A stretch of DNA of 60,122 bases, the filler included, from Catajapyx aquilonaris (lineage: Eukaryota), in assembly GCA_000934665.2 (NCBI GenBank). It is 3 parts of 3 records of this genome, joined end to end, with 100 filler letters (N's around TTAATTAATTAA, not from the genome) between each part and the next. Parts side by side here need not be neighbours in the genome. Positions count along the whole stretch, not along the records: positions 20,103 to 40,015 come from JYFJ02006355.1; positions 40,116 to 60,122 come from KZ539521.1; 1 more part is not named here. The stretch is one strand, 5' to 3'. The position numbers were made by a program, and so were the translations under genes. The notes beneath the pieces are model-generated. The model made no database searches. It worked only from the letters and a program-made list of their open reading frames with translations, and had not been told where the DNA came from. Shown here one piece after another: positions 25,316 to 40,673 of this stretch (position 1 is the first letter of the stretch; each line of letters starts with the position of its first letter).

Positions 25316-28300
25316 TATAATTATGCATACTACAGTACAAGGGGACAATAGGACATTGTTCGATAAAGGAAGTTACCAACATGGTTTCTATTGTGCGACA
25401 CAGATGCAAACAGTGCTTGTCATAATTAGATTTTACATACTCATATCAAAATAACGACGTTTGCCTTCCAACACAGAAGGTCCGGATATTTCAATTTAGT
25501 GTTGCCTGAAGATACTCGTGTAGTAACCTGAGCCATTAGCTCTGGACTTGAAGGACGACCATAATGTCGTGCTTCATTATCATTCATTATTAAAGGGGAG
25601 CAATAATCGCGCAAGGAATTGCAGGACGTATAGCGTGGATTGGACGGAGACAGTGACCGATTAAAGGAGGGGAAAGTGGATGGCAATAATTTTGCTCATA
25701 GCTTAATATTGCTAAATTGCTTACATGACTATTTATTGCGGCTGTTAACATGTAGCCTAGCAACTGATGTAAGAAGCTTCAGTATGGATCACTGCTCAAA
25801 TACATCTAGGATAACGGATTGTTGTGATCGATATTCAGGTCTTGCTTCCTCCGAGGGTCATTTTGGTACATGGGATGGATTAAGCCCTATTTTGCTAAGG
25901 GCAGTTCTGACGGTGGAAAAACTGCTGAGTAATATACGGTCAATACTATTTTGTGTCCCAATATGGCCATCAAGGGTGCAGAAAGACACAGCCATTAAAA
26001 ATAACCATGCAAAAGTAACTGCTAAGAAATAAGTCGTTTAGTGTCAACAAATAGCTGTAAATAATTAATTTTTGATCACCCTGTAATTGGAGATAAGTTT
26101 ACTGCATGAATTGATGCACCAACAAAATTATGTAACAGGATGTTTTTATTTTCTTAGTTCAGGTTTGTGAAAAAATGTGAAGACAAGGATGATTTTTTTT
26201 TGAAAATTTGAGTTATACATGCAGTATGCAATATAGGCCAGGGTCGATAAAAAAACAGCCCCATCTGCCAGTACAGAGAGAAAATAAAGGGACAAATATT
26301 TCTGACCAGCATTGAAGTTTATAAGCTGTCACATGAAATATAACCTTCATCACATTTCCCAACGACTGTCTTTTGCTCTTATTTTTAACCGACTTTGATT
26401 TTATATTAACAGCATTTCATTTTCTTTCCTACTTGATGTTTTTCGAGTGATTCGTCGCGGAACGATAGCAAACGAGTATTGAGCCTACTTGGAATTTGTT
26501 GCAAGCTCCATAGAACACATGGACTGGCAGCACGCGGTTTGTTTCATGCACGAATTCCCCCGAGGATTTCGCTCTGGGGCAATAAAGGTAGCGGAGGAAT
26601 TTAGTTAGCCTATGTCCGGGGCTTTTGGAGGCTTTCCGCGGCCTACCCTCCGCTTCGGACCAAGCCCGTCCTCCCCTCCTCCTCCTCCTCCTCTTTTCTC
26701 TATATATACCTACATACTGCATATATACACCCTCAGGCGAACACATGTCCCGGAATAGCCACAAAAATCCGACCTAAACCACTCCTGTCCACTAAGGTCT
26801 AGCTTGGCCTTAAGCCCCACTTTCATACAACTTGAAGTGTCTGTTGGTGGTTTAAAAGAAAACTGAAGAATATAATTGTCGACTGACAGCGTTCTCGCAT
26901 TTCTTATTGGTTCTATTACAATATTATTTTAATAAACTAATTGTCACTGGCTGAGGTATGGGACGTGTGTTTGTTGTCTATTCACACGTAAGTTCCAATG
27001 AGGTGCGAGCCACCGTTTTACATTAGGCGCCATCCAGGAAGAGTTGTCTGGCAGGAAGTTTTCTCTGGAGCCATGAAAAGGACGTAGCACCCATCCCAAA
27101 GCAGTTCAATTTGTTTCTTGTATCAGGCGGGAAAGTGGAAAAAGCAGTAAAGTTGAAGAGTGTGCTCCGGAGGCCGTAACTCAGTAGTCCAACTCACGGC
27201 GAGTTGACATTAAGGGCTGGCCTGAATTAAAAGGGCCACACTGCTTTAAAGAACCCTACATATATATACACACACAACTGCATATTTTTAGCTTGCTAAT
27301 ATTTCGCACGTAAAATAGTTTCTAGACCGAATATGCTTAGCATAGCATCTTGGTGAAAAGGCCTGGGAATAGGTTAGAAATGGGTGGAGAGCGTGGCCAC
27401 TGGGCGTAATGGGGGTGGGCAGAGAGACGCCAGTGCAAATTGCAAACTGCCAAGCTACCTTATCTATCAAGCGCTTTGCTGCCGGGGACTCAGGAACCAA
27501 AATTGCGCAAAGTGTTCTTGCGATCTATTCGCAGACGTGGATATGAGTCGTGAACTTGTATGATTTATTGGTAGGCCCTAGGCCTCTGCTCTACTGTCCG
27601 AGAAATGACACTGCCATATAACTAATGTTATGGAATTAAGTTAGCGGGGACCACAGGATGATACACTGTGTTCTGTACACCAGATGTCAAGCCTGGGCCT
27701 TTCAAAATTACATGGTGCTGTGTCGCATACTTTTTGTATAAGGCGGGATACTATTCCTGCGGGATATTAGTGCCAGTTGGAGCTATGTAAATGGGCTTTT
27801 CATATGTAGCTGCTAGTGGTTGAATAGATGAGTGCTGGAAAGGCTGGCATTTTTATAATTGCCCGAAGGATGAAACCCGCAGGTCCTTCTTGACGAGGGC
27901 GTATACAGCAAGCTGACAAAATGCCAGTCAGCCGGAAACTATCGATTTTGTGTCAGACTCTGTGAATCTTGTTTCTCATTCCGACTCATATTTCTCACTT
28001 GCGTTGTTCTTGCTCGAGAACAAAAAATAACTTGAAACACTTATATAGTAAGGGAAATTTAGCATCCAAATAATGTGGTTTTTCAGGTGAAAAAATGCAG
28101 CGACCATGCCAGACCTTCATACGCCGAAGTGAGCTTCACATACGTAGCCTTTTGCCAAGCCAGGAAATTGCGGATGGTAGAAGGGTATCAGTAGCCACCG
28201 AAATGACCTCGTTTATGAAGGGCTGTAAAAAAGTTGTAAAGGCTACAGTATGCCCATATGCGGCTGGGCCAACATCAACTTCTCCACATCGATAACATGA

Positions 28301-31300
28301 CTGGAATGCACCAAAACTTTGCAATGATGATCCAAACATTATAATAGTAGAATTTATTGCTTGGATTCTTTGGTATGTGCTATTCTTAGTTGAGATGTAA
28401 TTAGTACATAGCACTGATTGAATATATTGTAGGAGAAATATTTCCAAGAAATCAGATTTGACCTTCTCATAAAAGGAAGCACTTGCACTGCTCTTTTGAG
28501 TCAGCGGTCAAGGAGAAGTGGTTTTGGTTGGTGCAGGAAAAGAAAGGAAGAGGTTCATGTCCGGAACAGCTCGAATCAATGGCTGCGGAAACGCTGCAGG
28601 AATGAGGAAATTTCCGAGGTCAAATTAAAGGAAACTGCTACCCTGCTCGTTTCCTTTTCCTCCTTTCCCGGAATAAAACTCTGCGGGACCAGTTTTGTTC
28701 TTCCGAATTGCTGTCTATTTGGTCTCTCTCTCTCTCTCTTTCTCTCTCCCTCCCTTCCTAATCTATAGCTCATGTGAGGCCTACTACATTCGACATAAAT
28801 TACGGATTTGAACCTATATCACTTACCCTCAATATCATCAAAATTTCTTATCAATTTTTGTTGAAATATGTAGGTGCGTTATTTCCAGCATGGTTATGTT
28901 TTAAAAATTCCGAATAAAATGAGCAAACATTTTGAAATTGAAGGCGTATAGGACGCGACTGGATCGATCTTGGAGTGTAATTGCTGCTGGGGTTGGCCCC
29001 TCATTTCCAAATCTCTCCCTAAACCCACTCAGACAAGACATTGCGTGCGGTTTATTGATTGGCCTCTTGTCTCACACCAAACATTTCCTCCTGAAACATT
29101 TTTCTTCCTTACGACATTACCAAGAGACTACCCGTTGGAACACCATATGCAAAAGTAAGCTCCTGCAGTTATACATATTTCAATAAAGTGAGTCACACTG
29201 TAGCATATGTATATCTTTCAAGTTACATGCATCGTTTATGCATTGCCAGAAAATCTGATCCTGCGTAAAAGTTCATTTAATGCTCTATTAGCTGAATAAT
29301 TTGTTATTAAGGTTGTGTGCGTCTTGTGATAAAAATTGTTACCATACTCTAACCGTATATCACGTGGCAGCGTGGCACTTTGTATAAATAATGATCAATT
29401 TTGGCTGGGAAAAACTCTGCTAATTAATCTGCATATTTCATGATATCGCAACTCATTAAGTTTGCGAAGGGGCCCTCGTTCTGAAAACTCATCCCTTTCA
29501 GTAAACACGGAAAGTTTCGATTTTCCAGGGAGCAACATTCTACCGAAACTGCTGGCAAGATAGGAGCAAACTTTTCCGCCGCAAAATCCCCATTTTGCGT
29601 GCACAAATGCAAAGCAGCTGGGAAGGATTCCAACTTTGGGCTAAGCCTCAATATTTGGACATATCTGCGGAATTCATCTTGTCCAGTCAATGCGGCCCAT
29701 GTTTCCCGCACTCATTTCTCATGCCGCTGTTTTAATTACCGTTGCCCACATTAGGGACTCCTCCATTTTGGTGGGGCTTATACTGTATTTTGCGTCGTCC
29801 CTCAGAACAAGGGCCTGGCCCATTTTGGCGGTTACACCAAAAGGCCACAAATAGTTACAGTTCTCCACTCTACGTAACAATCATCCAATTACGCCGTCAT
29901 TCAAGTTGCCACCTGACCTCATTCATTCCATGCTGAAGAAGCACTTGCATTATTATAATTACCTATTAATAGGCGCCTGCTCTGCCAGGTGGGCCAAATT
30001 ACGACAGGAGATTGTGCCTGTTCACTTCATTGTTATTCATATTGACTTAATTAACAGCGCTCTAAAGTTTTTCAAGTTTTAAAATGTCACATACTCTATT
30101 ATTGTAACAGGATTTATTGAACCTTACTATTACGAAGTTACATGTGTATTGTCGATTACGGTTGCAATAGGTCGCATACAAATCTCAAAAACTGATAATA
30201 TTCATTGTTGTCAACAAGTAGTAAACAGTGAATAAATTCGTTGAAATAATGAGACCTTTAATGTATCCGAGCACTTGCAACTAGCCGAAAGACAAAAGGC
30301 ATCTGTTATACCAAAGTATACAATGTGTTCACATATAACAATTTTGTTGCTTTGGAAACTTGTTATCTATTACGGCATTGTTATAAGTCTGTAGCTGATG
30401 AGGACTTTCAATAGGTTTGTGCTTGTTCATTATCCAAGCCTTAGAGGCCATGAATGATTGCTGAATAACAAAGCAGGCATAGTTGTTTGAATCACGTGCT
30501 CGCCAGAGTGAAATAAAATGGGGAACATCATTAGTTAGCATGTGAATCATGCCTGCTGTTTATGAGTCTTTGGGCCGGGTTGGACAGAGATTGACCCGGA
30601 TTGACCAGTTCTCCTATTTAAACGGGACATTGTTACAATTTGGGAGCTGCCTTCTCAACCTTTCCTGAAACTGAGCTGGTGTTATGTTATTCTTCATTAT
30701 ATAGATTTAAACGCTTCCGTCATGTCGTGCCGCTATAGAATTACTGAAGGAAGCATCGTGCGCCATCTACTGATTTCCTTCACAGCTTCTTTCACACAAA
30801 ACTAAAATTAATGCTACGAGTTATGCCCAGGCATTTATGACTATAGCATGACCTAATTGGTATGTACTAATCAAAGATCATAATTATTATCTATAGGCAA
30901 AGTTCATACAACTGAGAATTTCAATATATGCTGATGGAAAATAATATAGGCCTAAGCCTACTACAGCATAATTAATTTCATAAATATGTCTGCTATTTCT
31001 TTGGCAGAGCTACGTGATCAAAGTGACATGGTTCTCTTCCCTCCGAGGAGGACACTAGTCTTCGGACAGTGGACGGGTTATTGGACAGAGGTTGGCCAAG
31101 TCTCCGATTGGAAAGGGAATTTGGTTCAATTTGCGTGGGGACGCCCTCTAAACCCTTAATTCCAAGCGGCCGTATTTCGAGGTAGCAAGAGAAGAATGAG
31201 TGCAGATCTGGAGCCAAAGGCACAAGTGTCGCCTTATATAAGAAGTATATAAGAGTGCAATCGGCATCGGGAAGAAGGCATATCAGGTAGATGGCTATAG

Positions 31301-32368
31301 CCGAAATGGCCGCGGTTCACATCGATCTGGAGCTCCAATCCGGGGCCAATTTATGTTCCGGGGAACACGTGGGGGGAGGGAGGGGGGATTTGCCTGTCTG
31401 CGCCAACACCCATTTCCAGCAGGAAGATGGCGCTCCTTTTCGAATCTCCCTCCTCTTTTGTGGCCAAGGAAGTCTCGCATTTTGCCCGCTATATTGCCGG
31501 AATCAACTCGACGACTTGTTGGAAACCACTCACTCCTTTCTACGCTATAATCCTTTGAGGTACAATGGTTCCAGGGGAATGGTCACGACAATCCCTGGAT
31601 CCGACTATAGGAATAGTATCACAGTGTCACTACAGTATACGTACAGTACATTTCAGGTGTTGCCACTTGCCAATGTTTTCCTTTGCTCAAAAGAAACGCT
31701 AAACAAACAGGTGGAAAATGTCTAGGCATGACCCAGTAATAACGTGGACAATAACAAATATTTGGGTAGGCAGACAATTATTATTTGAACCACAATATAT
31801 TGTATGATAGTAACGAATACGACATTTGGAAAGGAAAAGGGGGGATGGGGGAACGGGGGGATGGGGGGATGGAGCCTTCCGGCCAAGCTTCTGGCACTGC
31901 AATTTTTGCATTCATTGTACAGTTTAACCCTATACGCAGGATGGTTCCAAAGATAAGGTACGAACATCCTGTAAGTTTTAGGCTGCTTGAGTAGAACAAA
32001 ACTACCCAAGTTAATATCGGAAATATTAACTTCATTAAGTAAATAATAGCACGTTAAGTGTAGTCTCGTGATATAGGGTACCCTGGAAATAGAGGTCATC
32101 CTGCATGCCAGGCGACCAGCCAAACATAGGTCGCATGACGCATATGATTACTCCTATTGCCAGCGGTATTCCTATTCTATACTAAAAAAAGCTATTATAT
32201 CCGCAGGGAAGCCGAAATTTGCAAAATTAAGCAGGGTAATTTCGGGTAATTTCATCTTAGAGATTACCAAGAAGCCAAAATCCTAGAGGAAGTGTTTACC
32301 ATTGGCACCATCCTGTATGCAGTTACCTGATATGCACCTGCAGATCTACCAACTCTTAAATCATTTAT

Positions 32369-32541
<173 letters not shown>

Positions 32542-33739
32542 GCCTAACGTCAATTTCAGTACGCAGGAGTGTGTGACAAGCTGGTTGGCTAAATTTCGCC
32601 ATAACTACTCTTAAGTAGGTAATTAATGTAACACGTGAATTGATATGGCTGATAACGTTGAACAGTATTTCAGTGGGATACCGATTAATTGGCAGTGCTG
32701 AGAGGCACCCATCCGAAATAATGATGCTACATCCAGCCAATATTCATAGAGTATTTAACAGTACCATCCAATCCTCTTATTTATCTTGTTGTACTCTATA
32801 ATAATTGATCTCTCAAAAGGCAATGGATCACAAAAAACAGACCAATAACATTTTTGACACGTACTGTACAACTTGCCTTGAGCAACGTTCCAAGAGGCTG
32901 GCCCCTGATCCGTTGACATATCTCCAGCACTTGGTAGCATGAGCAGGACTTGGTGAATTGGTGACTGGTGAGAATGATAAGTCGTAGGCAGATCATGTGG
33001 TCCTGGTGGTGATCCAGGCTGGGCCTGCATTCCTACTAGCGTTTGCACATTTCAGGGCCTCCCTGCCTGCCAGAGTGAAGGACGGACCTGCGCATATTCT
33101 GCCAGTCCTACACTTGCTTGTTACGATGGAGAACTGGGGACGGTCTTTTCCCCTCTTTGTTTCTGGAGCACAAGCTTTGGGCTCTTCTTTATGGCCTGTT
33201 TTCGATGATTACTCGCACAATAATGTACAGTACATAATAAATTAATAATATATTATAGGGAAAGGATTACGGACTGACTGATGCAAGAACAACACAACGT
33301 TGGGGCAAAAACCTTCCATTAAGCGCATTCCAAAAACACGATAAGCTGCAATTACGGACTGCAATGCTTCACTAATCCCGAGTCTAGAGACCATCAAGCA
33401 CAAAAATTAACGGCGTATATTTCTTATGGAATTTCTTCTCCACAGAAGAACGGGCACTTTAAAAAATAAAGCCGTGGCTCATTAATTTCAGATTGTGTAA
33501 TTTTGTTCTAAAAATTGTTACCAGCCTTCATGTGCTTCAGTAAATTTTACAGAGTAGGCCTATATGTTGGAGCTTGAATCATTTTTGACAATTAAGAACC
33601 TAACTTCAGCGATAAAACCTGGGGATATACAAGTACAATGATAAACCTGGTGTTTCGTACACTTATTGCCAGTGATTTTCTCTGTCTTATTTGTAGATGT
33701 GAGTAATGGCGAGGCACCAACATGTATAATGGCCTAGAC

Positions 33740-35323
33740 CTGTGGTCCCAACTTGTGGGTCGCGAAGGGTTTTCTGGGGATTCGTCCCATTTTATTTTTA
33801 AATTTTATTTTACATTATCGTAAAATGGGGCTACTTTGTACCAATTGTTTGTTAATATCTCCCTTACTATTGCAGTGTCGAACTTTAAAAAATTATGCAC
33901 CATTCTTGAACATCTTAGAAACATATTTGCACTATTGTTCGTGCAGTGTAGATTATCATTATAACACTGTACTGAAAATGGCAAAGTTGGATTAAAGAAA
34001 CCCCATGGTGTGGGGCTTATTTAGTCCAGTATGATGAACCCCTTGGAAAAATGTCCATGGTTGAATTAAACCCCATTGAGTGTAACATTGGTCCAGATAA
34101 AACATAGGCCAAGACCTGTGTACAGTACATCTTAGAGATGTGAGGTCCCTTGGATATAATTCAAAACAGCAGTAGACTATATTTGTCTGAATAGGCTGTA
34201 TTTTTAAATGATATTTCGTCTGAATAATCAAATAATATTAGTACAACTGCTACTGGTACGGTACTACATTGGTAATGGCATGGAGACACTTTTTGAATTC
34301 ACTGACTGTACCCAGGGAGTCCAGTTTATCATGGCCATAATGTATGAGTACAAGGAGTCTTGGGCCTTCTGACCAAAGGAACCCCCCCCCCCCCAGCACT
34401 TACAACTTTTTGATTTATTTTTCCCTCACAATTCCTGATGAGAATTATTTCGTGACTTACATAATTATATGCCTGAAACGTCAACTAAATGTACTTCAAA
34501 TCCTTGCATGATAAATGAAGGTAATACCTACACGTGCGGCTGCACCAGTCTTAGAAATAGGGACTTCTTGAAAACACGTGCTAAAGTGACTTGTGGAAAG
34601 TAGCCCTCTGCTGGCGGGTTTACAAACTTCGATGTATGACACCTTTACCACAGATGTCACCAATCCTAAGTGATTCTGGCTGTGCTTATTACATGTACCG
34701 GAGTTAGTGTTATTACCTGCCATCTTATGCATTTTTGAAGTACTTGGTACGTGCTTGGACCAAAGTAGCCCGGCAGGACCAAAGTAGTCCCATTTTACGG
34801 CATTAACAAACACTCAGCCGCGAATTATGAAGCGAGTTGACTGATGCAAGTGCAACCATCTCATTAAATGTTGGGTTAATTAAATAAAAGGTAGACTAAT
34901 AATATTGTTATTAAAATATTTTGTTTACTTTACCCTATAGCCTATTATGTCCTATAATAATAATAATTTATACCCCGTTTTCAGCCATCGGCTCTTTAGG
35001 GGGGAAGTTTGTTTTGCCTGGAACTCTTTGCTTTCATTTTACTGTGCTCTTTGGGATAGGATAGGGACGGAAGGAAGCGGCTGTGGCCTATTAATTACGG
35101 AAGCAACTCCGGAATTTTCCTGGAAGGACCGTGGGAAACCACAGAAAACCACGGTCAGAGTTGCCGGCCCCGGGATTTGATCCCAGGACCTCCCGATTAG
35201 CAGTCGGATACCATATCCCCTACTCCAAACTGCTTCGGTTGTTATGGCCTATAAAAATGCAAATTTACGCAAATGTGTGTGAGGGGGGGGTTGTCGCGAC
35301 TCGAAAAAGGTTGGGAACCACTG
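33740..35323. mobile_element. Degenerate hAT (Charlie-like) non-autonomous element with a nested SINE
   Basis: CTGTGGTCCCAAC..GGGTCGCGA at left and GTCGCGAC..GTTGGGAACCACTG at right; flanks GCCTAGAC / ATCTAGAC resemble an 8-bp NTCTAGAN target. Confidence 0.5.
34958..35241 (-). mobile_element. tRNA-derived SINE
   Basis: Minus-strand B-box-like GGATCAAATCCC; body GGAAGGAAGCGGCTGTGGCC..GGGAAACCACAG; (TTA)n tail; TSD TTATG(T/G)CCTATAA at 34945-34957 and 35242-35254. Confidence 0.75.
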
Positions 35324-38300
35324 ATCTAGACGATCAAATAAAATTTGTGTGACAGGGTCAGGGGCAGGGGCACGCTGCACCAACCTACTCCATGACCTAA
35401 CCTTCCTCACCGGCTGATACACGCCTAGGAAAGTAGGTAAAAGTGGCGGGGGGAGGGGGTCTCCTGCTATGAAAGCGTAGCCGGTTGGCACCACCGTAAA
35501 ATGCAAACTGTGATACAAATGTTCTGTGTGCAACTTTTCCTCCACCTTTTCCTGCTGTCTCTTCCCAGAGCATGAATAGCACACTCTTATCCCCTCTGCA
35601 AGCAACATCTTAGGGTTGGTTGTATAAATGTAAATTAATGTAAAATCTCCGATTATGCATACTATCCATAATGCAAAAATGGGGAGTTCTCTTAATTTGT
35701 GTTAATACCAACTAGGCCTTAATTTGCATGTGCTTTAATTTACCTCCAGACTGCATGTCAAGAAAGTCCATGAAAAAAATGTACTCTCTCTACACAACCA
35801 TAAGCACTCTAGCAAGGTGAAGATGGCCAACAGGCTTTTTTCCCGTCCCCTCCAGTTTCCTTTATTCCACACCACATCGATACCCAATTAGGATTCCTAT
35901 AAAAAGCTGGCTTTATGCGGCACCCAAAAAAGAAGTAGGGGCAGAAAGTAATTTTAGGCAAATTGGGATCGGCATCGATGGAAAGAGAGCGGAGGAGTAG
36001 CTTGGCTAGAAGAGGGGAGGAATTCGCGTCGCCAATAACATCGATATGGAAATGTAATTGCCGGTCTTTATTACTGGGATGACGGGGCCAAAGCTTAGTT
36101 TTCTTGATAAGAACCATCCTTGAGATGCCTGTGCGTGGTTTCAACGTGTCTTAGTTACAGTGATTATTAGGAGGGAACAATTGTGCTTGCTGATGGGAGT
36201 CCAAACATGAGCCAACAATCAGCTCCGACGTGATGCACTCAATTTTACTAGGGGCCACTGCAGTACTTCGTGCCATAGGTAGGCTACTGTATACCGCTCG
36301 TAGCTTTTAGCTATGCGGGGAAAATTTTGTACATTAGAACCGTTATAGGCTACCGTGTACAGGTATAAGTGAAAGCTACAATTAATTTTTCTGCGATGCA
36401 TAGGCCAATAGTTACGTTGTGCAATAATAATTAATGTGTGATTTTTGTAGCATGGCAGTATTATCGCACTACATGTCTAGCAACTCACTCGACTACATCA
36501 TATATACATTATTCCGCTCGTACTAAAAAATTTAAAAAGTAATTTCCGTCCCACAACGTACAATACATCTGTGCCTAGCAGCAAAATGTTATGATGTAGA
36601 CTCTGTAGAGTATATTGGTATTAGAATAAGCCAGAAATGTGTCCTCGTACTTGAATCAAATTATGCTGGAGTTACTGCCTACCTGGTGTATTCGTAGGCA
36701 TCAACGAAGGTAGCGGGTGCAGTGTACGCAGAGAGGAAACCGTTGTCATTCGACACTGTTGCCAAGCGCCAAGACAGTCATAAAGAGAGGAAACTGCTAG
36801 GTAGTAAGGCTACTACGCAATTAGCGAACAAAAAATCCCATCGTGACCAAGAAACGAACGAACTTCCTGAAGCTTTTCAGCTTGCCAGAAATATTGGAAG
36901 ATACAGTATAGTACAATAAATTTGATGATGCTACAGTATTAGGCTGTGAGGATGTCACTTGTTACAAAGTTTCTGCAATACATTCATGGAACTATTACAA
37001 GTAGGAAATTTCTGATGATTTTATATTTTGAAGTTCCCGGACTGAGCACAGTTTAAGCTTATATTTTCTGTATAGCCTACAGGGTGCTTCTCAATGATTC
37101 AGACAAACCAGAAGATCACTATGTATCCCTCCACCAGATCGTGCCTTTTCTGTTTAAAATAAAGGCCTAGTAATTACCATGCATTTAAAATGCAAACTGC
37201 TACCTCACTGGGTGTAGCAGTGAGTCTATCATGCTCAATCTGCGACATAAAAATGGCACAGTGAACTCTTTAATCGATGCTAATTAAATCAATAATCAGG
37301 TTTCGGACAACAAAATAATGACCCCTCTACATAGAACTTTTCTGATTTTATTGAAAGGCCATGACTAATATGCACTGGGTATAATAAGTGAAACCTAGTG
37401 CGAAGCAATTACACAATATTCCAAAAATCTGTGGCATTATTAAAGTTTGTTAGACAGACAACTCTGAAGGTGCTTCTGGGTTTTGATTTAAGCTAAACTT
37501 ATTAAAATCACGGACGTGCGTGAGTCGCGCTGACAGGCATCTTCCCACCAGATTATTTCTCAGTGACGCATACCTACTTAACGTCAAGACCGTGAGATGA
37601 AACTTTGGTTACTGATTAATAATGATAGAATAGGTGTCTCAACTTTGGAGACTGGGATGAACCACTGTCAAAAGCAACTTTGTTACTCATATTTTGCAAG
37701 GATATGCAACCTCACGCAGGATATAGCCAGATCAAATAACTATATGCCATATTGATATCATCGAACCATGAGAACAACTTGAACCAATAGCATGGGTGAT
37801 CTACACTCTATTATTTCAAGTCTTCCCTTTTGTTTGCGGTTCCAAGCCCCCAATCAGACTGTTCGTCTTCGCTTCCAAAGTTGCTGATGGTTCAAGAAAA
37901 GGAGTTCTGTCCGCATCGGAGTAGTGAAGGGGATTGGTCAATATCGGACAGACAGCAAGCTTTCGTCTATCAAGTGCCAGGGAAATGGGAGCTTGCTTCT
38001 TGTTCAAGAGGGTTGGGTGGAGGATATGAGAGGTGGCGATAGTATACGGTGTGTAGCTGTAAATAATGACACTGGACATAGGTGGCTAGGAAGAAATCCT
38101 CAATGCCTTGCGCCAGGTGTACTATTTTCCGACATAATAAACATACCAGGCTGTCTTCTGTTGTCTACTTGTCTATCTGTAACATCTGCTTTCAAGTGGT
38201 GAAATATGATGCGGTAATGCAGAGTGCTGAAAAATGTGCTCACTGAGGTTTCAACTTTCAAGAAATTTTAATGCGTAATTGCTCTAGTTTATTTTGGCGA

Positions 38301-39144
38301 TCTTGGCTTCATTGTACTGAGATAATTGCATGTTACGCAAAACTGAAACAACCAGCCAAGCATATTTCAAATTAGGCCCCTTTGCCAAATCAATGATCTG
38401 AACTGCAATGAGTAATTATGAGCAGTTGAGTAATTATATACCAGTTTGCTTTTAAGTTTTTAAAAATGGTCTAGGCCCTCTAGGATAAGTGCAAGGATTT
38501 TCCATTATTTAGAAAATGTAATACGCAAATTTTCTGCAAGCACGTGAATTTTCCTCTCGCAATCAAAATGAAGAGCTTTAAGAGCTTGTAAAACCATCCA
38601 ATTGACGTAATTTAAATGTTCGCTATATTTCCCTGGATTGTTATTTCGAGTTTAATTTTCCCCAGATGCACGGAATGATTATTTTCTGTTCTTTTCGTGT
38701 GAATTTTTGAATTAAACGCCATAATATTGCATTGAAAAAACGGCCAAAATAGAGCATGCTTCCAGGCATATGATAAACACTATTTCAACACTTCGATTCC
38801 GTTAAGATTTCCAGAGAAATTATAGGTGATAATAAGCTTATCTTATAGGTATATCAGTGCTTTGATAAAATAATAAATTTGAAATAAGGAGAAAAATTCT
38901 TTGTAGCCTATTCGTCACATAATGTGCGGTCACTATAAGTCGGGTTTTATCCTATATGCATATCTGGTAGTGTATCGCTTTTCATGCTCTAGTTATAGTC
39001 ATCTCATACACTTATTCAACCATCCCATAATTTGTTTATCCAGAAAACAAGGTAACTTATTTCCATAAAATAATAAACAGCCTGGAACATTTTCCAAAAC
39101 AAGTATTGTTTACATCGAAATGCCATTTTATAGCGAAAGGCGCT

Positions 39145-39145
39145 C

Positions 39146-39209
<64 letters not shown>
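39145..39209. repeat. (CTA)n microsatellite
   Basis: Directly visible. Confidence 0.95.
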
Positions 39210-39212
<3 letters not shown>

Positions 39213-40015
39213 CGAATGTTACTTTAGCCACCATCTGGGAAATTGGCGCCCAAAACATGTTTAAGTTGAAATGTCTCATGGCGCTATCGAGTGAGCACCC
39301 CCTGCAAAATGCCTCGGCAGGCGATAACATCAGAATGTAGTATAAGTGTCCGGGGGCTAGCATGATGCCTCCACTCATCAGCTGTCACCAGTCTAACAGG
39401 GTGAGGTTAAGACCCCTTCAAAGTTTAGACATAGCCCCCCCCCCNTGTTAGTTTTGTAAATTGGGGTGAACACAAGTACATTGTTGTTTCAATTTTAACA
39501 AGGCCCGTGAAGGAAATTGTGTGTGGAACGTTCAGATTCCTTTCATATTTCAAAACAATAGATCTTGTCAAATTTTTAGAGCCACATCTTGCTTGCTAGG
39601 AATGATATCTAATGATATCGATAATATTGAGTAATGCTGGTTGCAAAATGTGGGAACCCTTCAAGTGGGGTTTTACAATGGGCCCACATAACTGCGCATA
39701 CTGTAGGCTATATCAATGTTATTAAATAACAGTTGTGGTGCGCAATATGTGATGCTCAAAATTGAGCATAATTTACTTGCCATTGCTGTAAAAATATAAA
39801 TAAAAATCATGTGCATTAAAATTACCTTCTGGGGACATTTCAAAGTTGAAAAATTGAATGGTCGCTAACTTTCCAAGCTATTTCTCACATTAAGTCTGAA
39901 ATACACTATATCCCAGTAACAAAATTCACACTAGAAGTGTGTTTTGAAACACCACGTATCCTTCATTGACTGACTTCACTTGAAAAGGAATCCTGGCTAT
40001 ATAGTAACCCTGGGC

Positions 40016-40115
40016 NNNNNNNNNNNNNNNNNNNNNNNNNNNNNNNNNNNNNNNNNNNNTTAATTAATTAANNNNNNNNNNNNNNNNNNNNNNNNNNNNN
40101 NNNNNNNNNNNNNNN
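40016..40115. other. Artificial contig spacer N44-TTAATTAATTAA-N44
   Basis: Same 100-nt design as 20003-20102. Confidence 0.95.
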
Positions 40116-40673
40116 TTGCCATTAATCCTTATATACAGGGTGATCCAACTCTGTGGCACCAACAGTTATTGGAAAAATCAACAAGCTGCTTGTTTATAAG
40201 CAGGTCGTTGCTAAGAGATCAATAAGAGCTACTTTCTGGAGAATCGGGAATAGCACCTGCTGATATTAGGTCCAATGCCATGTAACAATTAATGAGGGAA
40301 AAAAGGATCATCCGTGGGAAGCAGGCTGTTCTGGTGTTCGCTGGAGGGTTTCACATGAGGTCACTAGCTGCCAAACCACAGGCCCAATCCGTCGGAACTG
40401 GACAGACCCGGGTGTGTCAATAAATAGGCCTTCTGGTTGGTTCATTGTTGGCCGCAGTTGGCGCAACAGAGACAGGTCAACAGGCAGCGTTGTTTAGTTA
40501 CCAGTCTTAACACCTGCTGATATTAGGTCCAATGCCCATACATGTACCAATTAATGAGGGAATGCCCAATGCAGACTGTACTGTACTGTTAGAACCCTAG
40601 AAGCCCTTAGGCGGCCCTCGAACAGGCCCCCTGAGTAAGGCATGTCCTGGTCCCAAAGAGTTCTGCTATTATA